The notes under the pieces are model-generated. The model was not told the origin of the DNA, made no database searches, and saw only the letters and a program-made list of their open reading frames with translations. A program made the position numbers and the translations under genes. Source: a virus (lineage: Duplodnaviria > Caudoviricetes). From it: a stretch of DNA of 54,428 bases. Each line of letters opens with the position of its first letter. Positions within the stretch are counted from its first letter, which is position 1. Positions 34,818 through 42,139 of the stretch are shown piece after piece. The stretch is from IMG/VR virus record IMGVR_UViG_3300036944_000521, positions 1 through 54,428 of that record; one strand, given 5' to 3'.

Positions 34818-34977
34818 TAGCTATCTCATTCAATCTTATTTGCGCGCTTACTGCTGCGTCTAATTCTTCACGTGTATACGAGAGCGATACACAAGACCAA
34901 AGCTGGTCAAAAGTTAATCCAGAAAAGTAGGCGTTGCCCACGGAGCTTCCAATATAGTTATAATCATTAATTTCCAT
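34801..34977 (-). CDS. Hypothetical protein
   Basis: Start MEINDY; overlaps the methyltransferase start. Confidence 0.5.
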   Translation of the reverse strand: MEINDYNYIGSSVGNAYFSGLTFDQLWSCVSLSYTREELDAAVSAQIRLNEIAIGKKK

Positions 34978-34983
34978 ATAAAA

Positions 34984-35143
34984 ACACACCAGCTCTTAAG
35001 CTACATGGCATACGCCAAGGAGGACGAGCTACTTACACATACCCACAGTATCAGTGTGGTGCTTTGTTAATCTTCGCCAAAAGATCAAGCCCTTAGCTAT
35101 GTCAGATTTAGTAGATTGGCGTCTACGTCAATCCTAGGTGTGC
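34984..35143 (-). ncRNA. Structured RNA candidate with possible pseudoknot
   Basis: GCACACC/GGTGTGT closing helix; hairpin GTAGA-CGCCAA-TCTAC whose loop matches downstream TTGGCG. Confidence 0.45.
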
Positions 35144-35150
35144 TTATAAA

Positions 35151-35226
35151 TGGTGCCCCAAGTAGGAATCGAACCCACGACCTGATGATTACAAATCAAC
35201 TGCTCTTCCATCTGAGCTATTAGGGC
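35151..35226 (-). tRNA. tRNA-Thr(TGT)
   Basis: Loop TT-TGT-AA; CCA. Confidence 0.95.
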
Positions 35227-35228
35227 AT

Positions 35229-35302
35229 TGGAGCGGATAGCGGGAATCGAACCCGCGTCATTAGCTTGGAAGGCTAAGGTCTTACCATTACACAATATCC
35301 GC
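35229..35302 (-). tRNA. tRNA-Gly(TCC)
   Basis: Loop CT-TCC-AA; CCA. Confidence 0.95.
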
Positions 35303-35585
35303 ATAATACAGAACCTCACGTATTGGTTCCGAGTTATCTAGCATAGCGACACTGAAAGGTCAGTGTATCTAGATTAACAATAATACGCACAATTAGCCGG
35401 AGCCGGTTGTCATATCTTTCGTTTAGTTTTACCATTAACTCCTCCAACTATTGAACTGGATGGTCGTTGTCCTCGGTAATGGCTATCTAAACTTACATGA
35501 TCAAGATTTTTACATCTAAATTGGTTGCAGTATCCATCCACAGATTTGCTACGCTGGCTCTGTTAAGCCTCGATAGAGCTAGAGT

Positions 35586-36059
35586 TTAAATTCTAGCCTC
35601 GCTAATAGTAGACCACATAATTACGTCTGCTTTAATTTGTGCCAAGGCAGGATTACTTTGTTCACCCTTACCAGGAACCCAAATTTTAAGCGGAACCTTG
35701 CTTTTACCATATTTTGCAACCATAGAGACTACACGAGGTAGAATATATGTTTGAAAACGATATTCATTTTCAGGTTTACGCTTAGCTTCAGTAGAAGCAT
35801 AAGGTTTACCCTCAATGTAGGCACGTGCTAGGAAAGTAGCACGATTTTCATTTCTTACATCCCATTTACGATGCGTGCTCAGAGAGCAGTATTTCATAAA
35901 TGCTTGATCATTCCAACGAGGATACATATCATTGTTTCCTGTTTTGTGATAATTTTGTAGTGACCAGATATATTGTTTATAAAGCTTGCGCTCTTCAAAA
36001 CGAATAATTTGAGCTTCTACGCTTAGATGTTTAGATTTAATTTTAAGTTCGACAGACAT
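35586..36059 (-). CDS. Hypothetical basic protein
   Basis: MSVELKIKSKHL..EAQIIRFEE, HRKWDVR; AAGGAG RBS inside a hairpin. Confidence 0.7.
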   Translation of the reverse strand: MSVELKIKSKHLSVEAQIIRFEERKLYKQYIWSLQNYHKTGNNDMYPRWNDQAFMKYCSLSTHRKWDVRNENRATFLARAYIEGKPYASTEAKRKPENEYRFQTYILPRVVSMVAKYGKSKVPLKIWVPGKGEQSNPALAQIKADVIMWSTISEARI

Positions 36060-36061
36060 TT

Positions 36062-36150
36062 TTATCTCCTTGATGTTATCTGTAATATATTGAGTATTTC
36101 AGTAACTGTCAAGGCTAAGGTGGCTTAATGATCTACAATTAGTATCTCCT
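36062..36150 (-). promoter_or_regulatory. Putative amber-containing uORF plus RBS-sequestering hairpin
   Basis: AGGAG-N7-TTG TAG ATC ATT AAG CCA CCT TAG CCT TGA; hairpin CCTTGA...TCAAGG. Confidence 0.5.
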
Positions 36151-36152
36151 GT

Positions 36153-36752
36153 TTATTGTTTATCTAGGTAATCAGCCATATCGTGATTTACATCAGCATG
36201 GCCTTGTTCATCTGCTCTTACAGCAATAACTACGTCTCGTAGTGTTGCAGTAGTAGGTAGTTTATAGTAGTCACGCGCAATCTTAGGTGCAGCAATATTT
36301 TCTACTTTACCAGCATCAATCTCTTCAAGATATTGTGTATAGCTGATAACGGCTTGGTCTTCAAAATAACCAATCATACGATGTGCAGTGCGCGGAAAAA
36401 ATATATATAATATAAAGTAAAAATGCCAAAAAATAAGTTGAGCTGCTAGTATTAGCAATCTTTCAAATCTAGTAGGTTTTGCAATCTGTATGAATATCAT
36501 AAGGTGCATACGTTCATTTTCAGCTTCGTCAAGCAGTGTCTTAATCCACCCACGCTCATCTGGCTGCATACGCCGTAAACTGCGTAAGTGTTGCCACATA
36601 CCTGCAACCATACCTGGTACACCAGCTACAGTCTCAAGAACAACAGCTCTATGACCATATCGTTTAGCAAAAACAGTATCAGCAAACCACCGAAAAACAT
36701 TAGTTAGGCTGTAGGCTACTCGATCTGAAAAGTTACGTGGAGCTAGTACCAT
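36153..36752 (-). CDS. aox: Alternative oxidase (di-iron ubiquinol oxidase)
   Basis: LETVAGVPGMV, EAENERMHL, GYFED-AV-SY and RADEQGH motifs. Confidence 0.95.
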   Translation of the reverse strand: MVLAPRNFSDRVAYSLTNVFRWFADTVFAKRYGHRAVVLETVAGVPGMVAGMWQHLRSLRRMQPDERGWIKTLLDEAENERMHLMIFIQIAKPTRFERLLILAAQLIFWHFYFILYIFFPRTAHRMIGYFEDQAVISYTQYLEEIDAGKVENIAAPKIARDYYKLPTTATLRDVVIAVRADEQGHADVNHDMADYLDKQ

Positions 36753-36874
36753 TTATTGACATAAATCCTCATATTTTGAATGATGTACTCTATGAGAACT
36801 TCTATCACCGATCACAGTAGGAAATAAGATAGTGTATAGTAGTTTTATCATAAGTTATCCTAAAATATTTAAGT

Positions 36875-36949
36875 TGGTGGTCCTAACAGGAATTGAACCT
36901 GCGTTAGTCTGCTTTAGAGGCAGCTGCCTTACCATTAGGCTATAGAACC
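36875..36949 (-). tRNA. Amber suppressor tRNA (anticodon CTA)
   Basis: Full cloverleaf GGTTCTA/TAGGACC-ACCA; loop CT-CTA-AA. Confidence 0.85.
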
Positions 36950-36958
36950 GTTATTTAG

Positions 36959-37021
36959 CAGGCTCATCTTGTGCTTTTTCCCAAAAAAAGTGCCTTACGG
37001 CAATGATGCTGAACTGAGCCT
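36959..37021 (-). ncRNA. CAGCA-family Y-like RNA 8
   Basis: AGGCTCA-GTT-CAGCA...TGAGCCT-G; GNRA hairpin TGCC-GTAA-GGCA and CTTTT-TTTGGGA-AAAAG (Pro-type anticodon loop). Confidence 0.8.
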
Positions 37022-37368
37022 AAGTATTTAGTCGAAGCTATACCAGTATCCTACAGCAACCCAAGTACGCATACCGCTATCATCAAATTGAACTTGAACA
37101 TCTAATTCTCGTTCTTGCCTAATTGGAGCGTCTGCACCCATCAGGCTTCTGTAGTTAGCAAGGTCGGTTTTGTGAATCCATACGATCATGTGTATTCCTA
37201 TCTGGTCCGCCCTATACCCACCGCTACGCAGTAAGCATTATCTCTGTCTATGCCGACGGACAGCATACCCGTTGCAACACTTACTAATCATGTGTTAATT
37301 CACAGTCAAGCATAGCTATAGTGCTTCAAAAGCTATATTCTATCACCCCTTTGCAGAGGATGAAAAAT

Positions 37369-37445
<77 letters not shown>

Positions 37446-37454
37446 TAATTTATA

Positions 37455-37548
37455 CTGCGAGGGTCTGAATCTCGCAGCACAGAAAGAAAAGGGATAACCA
37501 TCAATACCGTTACAGACAGTTGGCTCAAGTCAGTGCGCTTTTCTTTCT
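37455..37548 (-). ncRNA. Structured leader RNA between promoter and tRNA-Pro
   Basis: AGAAAGAAAAG/CTTTTCTTTCT helix followed by CTGCGAG/CTCGCAG hairpin. Confidence 0.4.
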
Positions 37549-37562
37549 AATCTCTATAATTC

Positions 37563-37591
37563 ATAATAACTCAATCGCAAGCTTGATGCAA
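37563..37591 (-). promoter_or_regulatory. Sigma70-like promoter with TTGCGATTGA spacer box
   Basis: TTGCAT-caagcttgcgattgagt-TATTAT. Confidence 0.6.
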
Positions 37592-37611
37592 GAATTATTT
37601 CATTCTATTGT

Positions 37612-37873
37612 TGCTACGTTACACCGTCGTAGCCCGTCCACAAATTCGGGAGTTTGTGAGTTTTTACTGTGTAGGATGCACAGTAATGGTTTACATAGAG
37701 TCTGGAACCACAACATTTCCAGCATTATGCACATATTTTGGGCCCTGTGCTTATGCGATTAACTCGCTTTGGGTACGTTATTACAGTTACTAGATGGGTA
37801 GGACAGTATGCCTTGCCATTTCTATAACAGGAGCAACCCTGCTGCACTTTCACTTACTAACACTCTACGTAAC
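37612..37873 (-). ncRNA. About 260-nt multi-domain structured RNA candidate
   Basis: 11-bp closing helix TTACGTAGAGT/ACTCTATGTAA with four internal hairpins, then three 3' hairpins. Confidence 0.55.
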
Positions 37874-37876
37874 TTT

Positions 37877-37952
37877 TGGCTCCCCGAGTAGGATTCGAAC
37901 CTACGACACTCTGATTAACAGTCAGATGCAACTACCGCTGTGCTACCAGGGA
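37877..37952 (-). tRNA. tRNA-Asn(GTT)
   Basis: Loop CT-GTT-AA; G73; CCA. Confidence 0.95.
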
Positions 37953-38164
37953 ACGTTTTCTATTTATTATTTATAACACAAAGTTTACGACGTGTAAACT
38001 ACAATTTCAAATTTTTTTATTCTGGTGGATAGAAACACGAGCTTTATTCTCAAGTACTGCTACTAATTGTGTAGCTAACTGCATAGCATTCTCTGAACAG
38101 TAGCTATCTACTTCATACTTCTGAAGTAAGCTTGATAGCTCTTTTGTAAGAGAAATCCTGTGTC

Positions 38165-38512
38165 TCACTCTAGCGTTTCTTTCCAGCGATTAATCCACTC
38201 AATCTTCTGTGCAGTAGGCCACTTAGAAAGATAAGCGTTATCCACGTTGAATATGTCAACAATATGTTCCTCACTATGAACAGCTACATCTACTACATTC
38301 TCGCCTAGATGATGCTGTGAAAATTCTTTAACATTACCAGCATTAAGATATTCAGCTAGCTTAATAGTGTCAATAGGTTCTTTAAAACCTAGTGCTTCAA
38401 ATTCTTCACGAGGAATGGAATATTTGAGGCGGAAATGAGAGATTGTAGTGATTAGTACGTACTCTTGGTTCGACATAATCTTGTTGGACCTTTTTCTTAA
38501 TGGTTGTGGCAA
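38165..38512 (-). CDS. Hypothetical protein (start probably MSNQEY)
   Basis: Overlaps the tilS 3' end. Confidence 0.55.
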   Translation of the reverse strand: MPQPLRKRSNKIMSNQEYVLITTISHFRLKYSIPREEFEALGFKEPIDTIKLAEYLNAGNVKEFSQHHLGENVVDVAVHSEEHIVDIFNVDNAYLSKWPTAQKIEWINRWKETLE

Positions 38513-39065
38513 TGCCAGGGTTTACTTGTAGAACGTGTGGCATCATAACTTGACGAATATAATTACGAGTAAGAGATAAGTCTGTATTTGAGCTATCTTC
38601 TACCCAATCTAAGTTATGTTTTGTAGCCCAGTGAATAAATTGTGATTTAGGTGTAAGCCTAAAAGGACGAACTACGTTTCTATTAGAATACGGAATAAGT
38701 TTTCCAGAACCGTGAAGTGATGACCAGATCCATGTTTCGACGCAATCTTCTAAAGTATGTGCGGTAACAACAGTATCATCAAGACTATGAAAAACTGAAT
38801 AACGCTCATTACGCCAAAACTCTTCTAAAGATGTGCGTGAATTGCGAGTAGATGTAATACGCTTGCTAAGCAGTTTAATACCAAGGCTACTACAAGTAGC
38901 GCGTGTAATCGCTTCTGCGTCATCAGAGTTTCCTTCATTATGATTAATATGTAACGCAGTTACATCGTGGTTACGAGATAAAAAGTGTAGAGCTGCTATA
39001 GAGTCTACACCACCTGAAACAGCTACTGTAATTTTACGACTAAGTTTACCTTGAAGCGTGATCAT
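38406..39065 (-). CDS. tilS: tRNA(Ile)-lysidine synthetase (short form)
   Basis: PP-loop AVSGGVDS; R.ERY, TAHT.ED..ET, RP and DSSN....RNYIR motifs. Confidence 0.9.
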   Translation of the reverse strand: MITLQGKLSRKITVAVSGGVDSIAALHFLSRNHDVTALHINHNEGNSDDAEAITRATCSSLGIKLLSKRITSTRNSRTSLEEFWRNERYSVFHSLDDTVVTAHTLEDCVETWIWSSLHGSGKLIPYSNRNVVRPFRLTPKSQFIHWATKHNLDWVEDSSNTDLSLTRNYIRQVMMPHVLQVNPGIATTIKKKVQQDYVEPRVRTNHYNLSFPPQIFHSS

Positions 39066-39080
39066 AGTAACCTATATATT

Positions 39081-39157
39081 TGGTGGTCCCCCTCGGACTC
39101 GAACCGAGATAGTCAGTGTTATGAGCACTGTTCACTAACCAATTGTGATAGAGGACC
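39081..39157 (-). tRNA. tRNA-Ile2(CAT)
   Basis: Loop CT-CAT-AA; A73; immediately upstream of tilS. Confidence 0.85.
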
Positions 39158-39177
39158 GTTATTTCTTCTGTTAATTA

Positions 39178-39206
39178 AATATAACCCAAAACATAGCAGC
39201 GTGCAA
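39178..39206 (-). promoter_or_regulatory. Promoter for the tRNA-Ile2 + tilS unit
   Basis: TTGCAC-N17-TATATT. Confidence 0.7.
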
Positions 39207-39551
39207 GTTATATTTCACTTTTTATTCAGTTCATTGATTCGATCAAGTAACCAAGCAGCAACTATGCCTTCCTCGTTTGATTTATCCAGTTTACAATTTA
39301 ATCTGGATAGAGCTATACTCAGCCCTGAAACTTCAGCGTAGTCAATACTCGATTTAGCCATGTCGAATCCTATCTTAACCAATGTAAGACTAACTATCGC
39401 TCCCAAAACAAACGCCTATCGCACTGTCGGCTTATTGCGAAACACCGAAGCTATAGGAGGCGGACTTACCTAGACATACAGTTAATATGACTAGCATTTT
39501 TCAGTTTGTTGGTAGTTAGTCTAACATTGGTACCCCGAAGGGTACACAATT

Positions 39552-39761
39552 TTATTCTTTCATTGCACGATGAATTTTAATAGCATCGGCAGTACGCTTT
39601 TCGTCAGTAGTTCCGATAATTAGTAGGAGAATTGTAGAGAACAAGCCAAAGATGAATCCACCAAAAGCCCATCCAACAGCATTACGACCACGCTGTTCAG
39701 CCAAATAGTAATTCAACCAGGCAATTAAGCCTGCTACGACTAAAATAATAAAGAGATCCAT
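39552..39761 (-). CDS. Small membrane protein
   Basis: Two transmembrane helices; RGRNAVGW. Confidence 0.65.
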   Translation of the reverse strand: MDLFIILVVAGLIAWLNYYLAEQRGRNAVGWAFGGFIFGLFSTILLLIIGTTDEKRTADAIKIHRAMKE

Positions 39762-39774
39762 TTAGGTATCCTGG

Positions 39775-39978
39775 TTATGCAGCTTTTAAGAGCTGGGGTG
39801 AAATATAAAGTTGATAATCAACTACGTTAGCTTCTAAAACTTCTGCTACTTCCTTAGCAGCTTTAATTGTTTTAAAGGTCATAGGAATTACGTCGTGATC
39901 ACGATATAAACCATCTTTACCTTTAAATACAACTTGGTTAACCAGCGAGCCATTACGCTCAAGTGCAAAATTAGTCAT
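39775..39978 (-). CDS. Hypothetical protein
   Basis: AGGAG RBS. Confidence 0.6.
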   Translation of the reverse strand: MTNFALERNGSLVNQVVFKGKDGLYRDHDVIPMTFKTIKAAKEVAEVLEANVVDYQLYISPQLLKAA

Positions 39979-40020
39979 GCAGTTCTCCTTGCGGTTTTCC
40001 TATTCAAGGATTGAATTAAT

Positions 40021-40103
40021 TGGTACCCCCTGCCGGACTCGAACCGGCACTCACTAGGAACGAAATTTTAAGTCTCGCGCGGCTACCATTTCACCAAGGG
40101 GGC
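40021..40103 (-). tRNA. tRNA-Leu(TAA)
   Basis: Loop CT-TAA-AA; variable arm; CCA. Confidence 0.9.
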
Positions 40104-40108
40104 AGTAT

Positions 40109-40185
40109 TGGCGGTCCTAGAAGGAGTCGAACCCTCAACCTGCGGAGTAGAAATCCGTTGCTCTATCCAGTTGAGCTATAGAACC
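40109..40185 (-). tRNA. tRNA-Arg(TCT)
   Basis: Loop TT-TCT-AC; A20; CCA. Confidence 0.95.
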
Positions 40186-40251
40186 TTTATCTTAAATATA
40201 CAGTAAAAAATAACATTATGCAAGTTAAATTTTACTTTAGTCTACACTTCA

Positions 40252-40434
40252 TTACTCAGGAATTATATATCCTAGACCGCGGAGCCAAGAATTTACATGG
40301 TGATATACATCATCCACAAATAGAGCAGTATTGTCAGGAACCTCTACGCGGTATTCTAGAGACGGTTGAATTAGCTTCACGTCAATTTCTTTTTGTTCGT
40401 AGCTAGGTGAATAAGTAAATGTGATAGTTGCCAT
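40252..40434 (-). CDS. Hypothetical protein
   Basis: 60 aa ORF after promoter 40467-40495. Confidence 0.5.
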   Translation of the reverse strand: MATITFTYSPSYEQKEIDVKLIQPSLEYRVEVPDNTALFVDDVYHHVNSWLRGLGYIIPE

Positions 40435-40532
40435 TATGTTTCTTTCTTTTTTATTTCGTATAAACTAATATAACACTAGTCTCACTAAAAGGCAAGGGCG
40501 AAGTTAATTTCTTAACTCCGCCCTTGTGTACA

Positions 40533-40676
40533 TTACGCGTTATAACCACGAGACTGTAATTCACGTTGTCTACGCTCTAAATCAGCCAAACTCACAGAGT
40601 CAGCTAAGTAAGCTTCGATACGATCTTTTTCAGACATAGTAACAGAACGAAACCATTTTGCTAAAGCTTTGAACAT
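40533..40676 (-). CDS. Small protein (DUF3563-like), below the ORF-track cutoff
   Basis: MFKALAKWFRSVTMSEKDRIEAYLADSVSLADLERRQRELQSRGYNA. Confidence 0.55.
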   Translation of the reverse strand: MFKALAKWFRSVTMSEKDRIEAYLADSVSLADLERRQRELQSRGYNA

Positions 40677-40876
40677 CATAGATCACCCCCATTTATAAAG
40701 GCAGCTTTGTGTGTTTCTAGTACTCTATTAAAAGCGTAACTAGCTTCACTCTTTGAGTATTCAAGTTTGCAATAGGCTCTTAGGCCTTCTTCGATTTCGT
40801 TACGTCTTAAAGCCCAACGTATTTTGTTGATTAGTTTTTTCATAGTATGTCTCCCATTGATAATCCAATGGGACAC
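40676..40876 (-). CDS. Hypothetical protein
   Basis: Start probably MKKLIN after GGAG. Confidence 0.5.
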   Translation of the reverse strand: MSHWIINGRHTMKKLINKIRWALRRNEIEEGLRAYCKLEYSKSEASYAFNRVLETHKAAFINGGDL

Positions 40877-40881
40877 TAGTC

Positions 40882-41313
40882 TTATTTTCCTGTGCTACGA
40901 TTATCGTTTTGAATTTTGATTAGTACAGGGGATTTTTCCTCAGGTAGCTTAACGGCTAAACCGATACTTAAGATACCGTCATTGAGACTAGCTCCAGTGA
41001 CTTCTGTGTACTCACTAAGTCTAAAGCTTTTAGCAAACTTACGAGTTGAAATACCTCTATGCACATACTGTGTTTCTGGTCTACGAACTGGTCGATCACC
41101 TTTTACAGTAAGAACATTATCTTTTAGCTCAATAGTCAAGTCTGACTGAACAAAACCAGCAATAGCTAGTTCAATTTCAAAGCTCTTGTCATTATACTTA
41201 ACAATATTGTGCGGCGGATATACGTCCTTTGCATTATTAGTTACTTGTTGTAACTCGCTAAGAATATGGTCGAAACCAATAAAAGCGGTTTTAGGGAATA
41301 GTGTACCTGTCAT
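40882..41313 (-). CDS. Small heat-shock protein (Hsp20/IbpA family)
   Basis: IGFD, YPPHNI, IELAIAGF, HRGIS.RKF and LNDGILSI motifs. Confidence 0.92.
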   Translation of the reverse strand: MTGTLFPKTAFIGFDHILSELQQVTNNAKDVYPPHNIVKYNDKSFEIELAIAGFVQSDLTIELKDNVLTVKGDRPVRRPETQYVHRGISTRKFAKSFRLSEYTEVTGASLNDGILSIGLAVKLPEEKSPVLIKIQNDNRSTGK

Positions 41314-41366
41314 TTTTATCTCCTTTAAGGCAAGAAAGTTTGTAGACCGTTATTACGCATCTACAC
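41314..41366 (-). promoter_or_regulatory. ROSE-like RNA thermometer candidate in the hsp20 5' UTR
   Basis: 5' hairpin GTAGA..TCTAC, then TCTTGCC-TTAA-AGGAGA pairing over the RBS. Confidence 0.5.
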
Positions 41367-41409
41367 TGGGAATTATAATTTAATTTTTACTATTATGCAA
41401 TAGTTTTTA

Positions 41410-41739
41410 TTATTTGGTTTCGTCTTCTGGTAAGTCTTCCGAGTTATCGTCTATAGAAGACATATAATCGTCAAAATCCATGTAAAACCTTAGATCGGCT
41501 AATACCATAGCACAAGCCATAGTTATAACGCTGTATTCAGCTTGGAAGTAATAGGTAATTATATAACTTATAAATATAAACCTAAGATGCCTTAAACAAT
41601 AGTCAAAAACTAATGTACTGGGAACAGCGTAGTTAACCCCTCCTGAAAAATACGTGATTACCGATTTCAATAAAGTTCTCCGAATATATAGGTTTATTTT
41701 TAGTATGAAAGTACAGAGCACCTGATGTAAAATCGTCAA
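41410..41739 (-). CDS. Possible membrane protein (start uncertain)
   Basis: Hydrophobic ORF overlapping the hydrolase 3' end. Confidence 0.35.
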   Translation of the reverse strand: MTILHQVLCTFILKINLYIRRTLLKSVITYFSGGVNYAVPSTLVFDYCLRHLRFIFISYIITYYFQAEYSVITMACAMVLADLRFYMDFDDYMSSIDDNSEDLPEDETK

Positions 41740-42139
41740 CAGGGTTAGATAGCATCTGTATTGCTATAATCATAGCTAAGCGAGCTTCTGGACTTTCGGG
41801 AGGTACTTTATCGGATATATTATCACAATACCAACTAAATTGGCAACGATTAAGAATAGGATCTCCGTTAGAGTCTGTTTTGCTTTGATATACTACATCA
41901 CATATAGTATCAGCAAAACGCCCATCCTTAACTCTATTTATAGTAACTATAGCAACTGCTATTTGACCTTTAATAGGCTCTCCTCGAGCCTCAAAGTATA
42001 TATTAGTAGCTAAGCATTTAGCTTCTTGTAAAAATTCAAGCGGATAATCAGCTTGGGAAGGGGTGGCGTATAATGTCAGACTCAATGCAGTCAGAACCAT
42101 ACTGTATTTCAATAATTGATAGAATTTCTTTAGTTTCAT
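41633..42139 (-). CDS. SleB-like cell wall hydrolase
   Basis: CLATNIYFEARGE, V.INRV, CQFSW, GALYFH and IGNHVF motifs. Confidence 0.9.
   Translation of the reverse strand: MKLKKFYQLLKYSMVLTALSLTLYATPSQADYPLEFLQEAKCLATNIYFEARGEPIKGQIAVAIVTINRVKDGRFADTICDVVYQSKTDSNGDPILNRCQFSWYCDNISDKVPPESPEARLAMIIAIQMLSNPVDDFTSGALYFHTKNKPIYSENFIEIGNHVFFRRG

Noticed and set aside
35134-35319. 61 aa minus-strand ORF
   Set aside because: It is the translation of tRNA-Gly and tRNA-Thr.
15094-37021. CRISPR array or mobile repeats as the explanation for the CAGCA elements
   Set aside because: Copies are dispersed, share structure rather than sequence, and have no regular spacing or target-site duplications; the exonuclease at 51444 is a common stand-alone phage nuclease.
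37612-37873. RNase P RNA (GAAAGTGC...AGAAA resemblance)
   Set aside because: Lacks the universal GAGGAAAGTCC and ACANAANNCGGC P4 elements.
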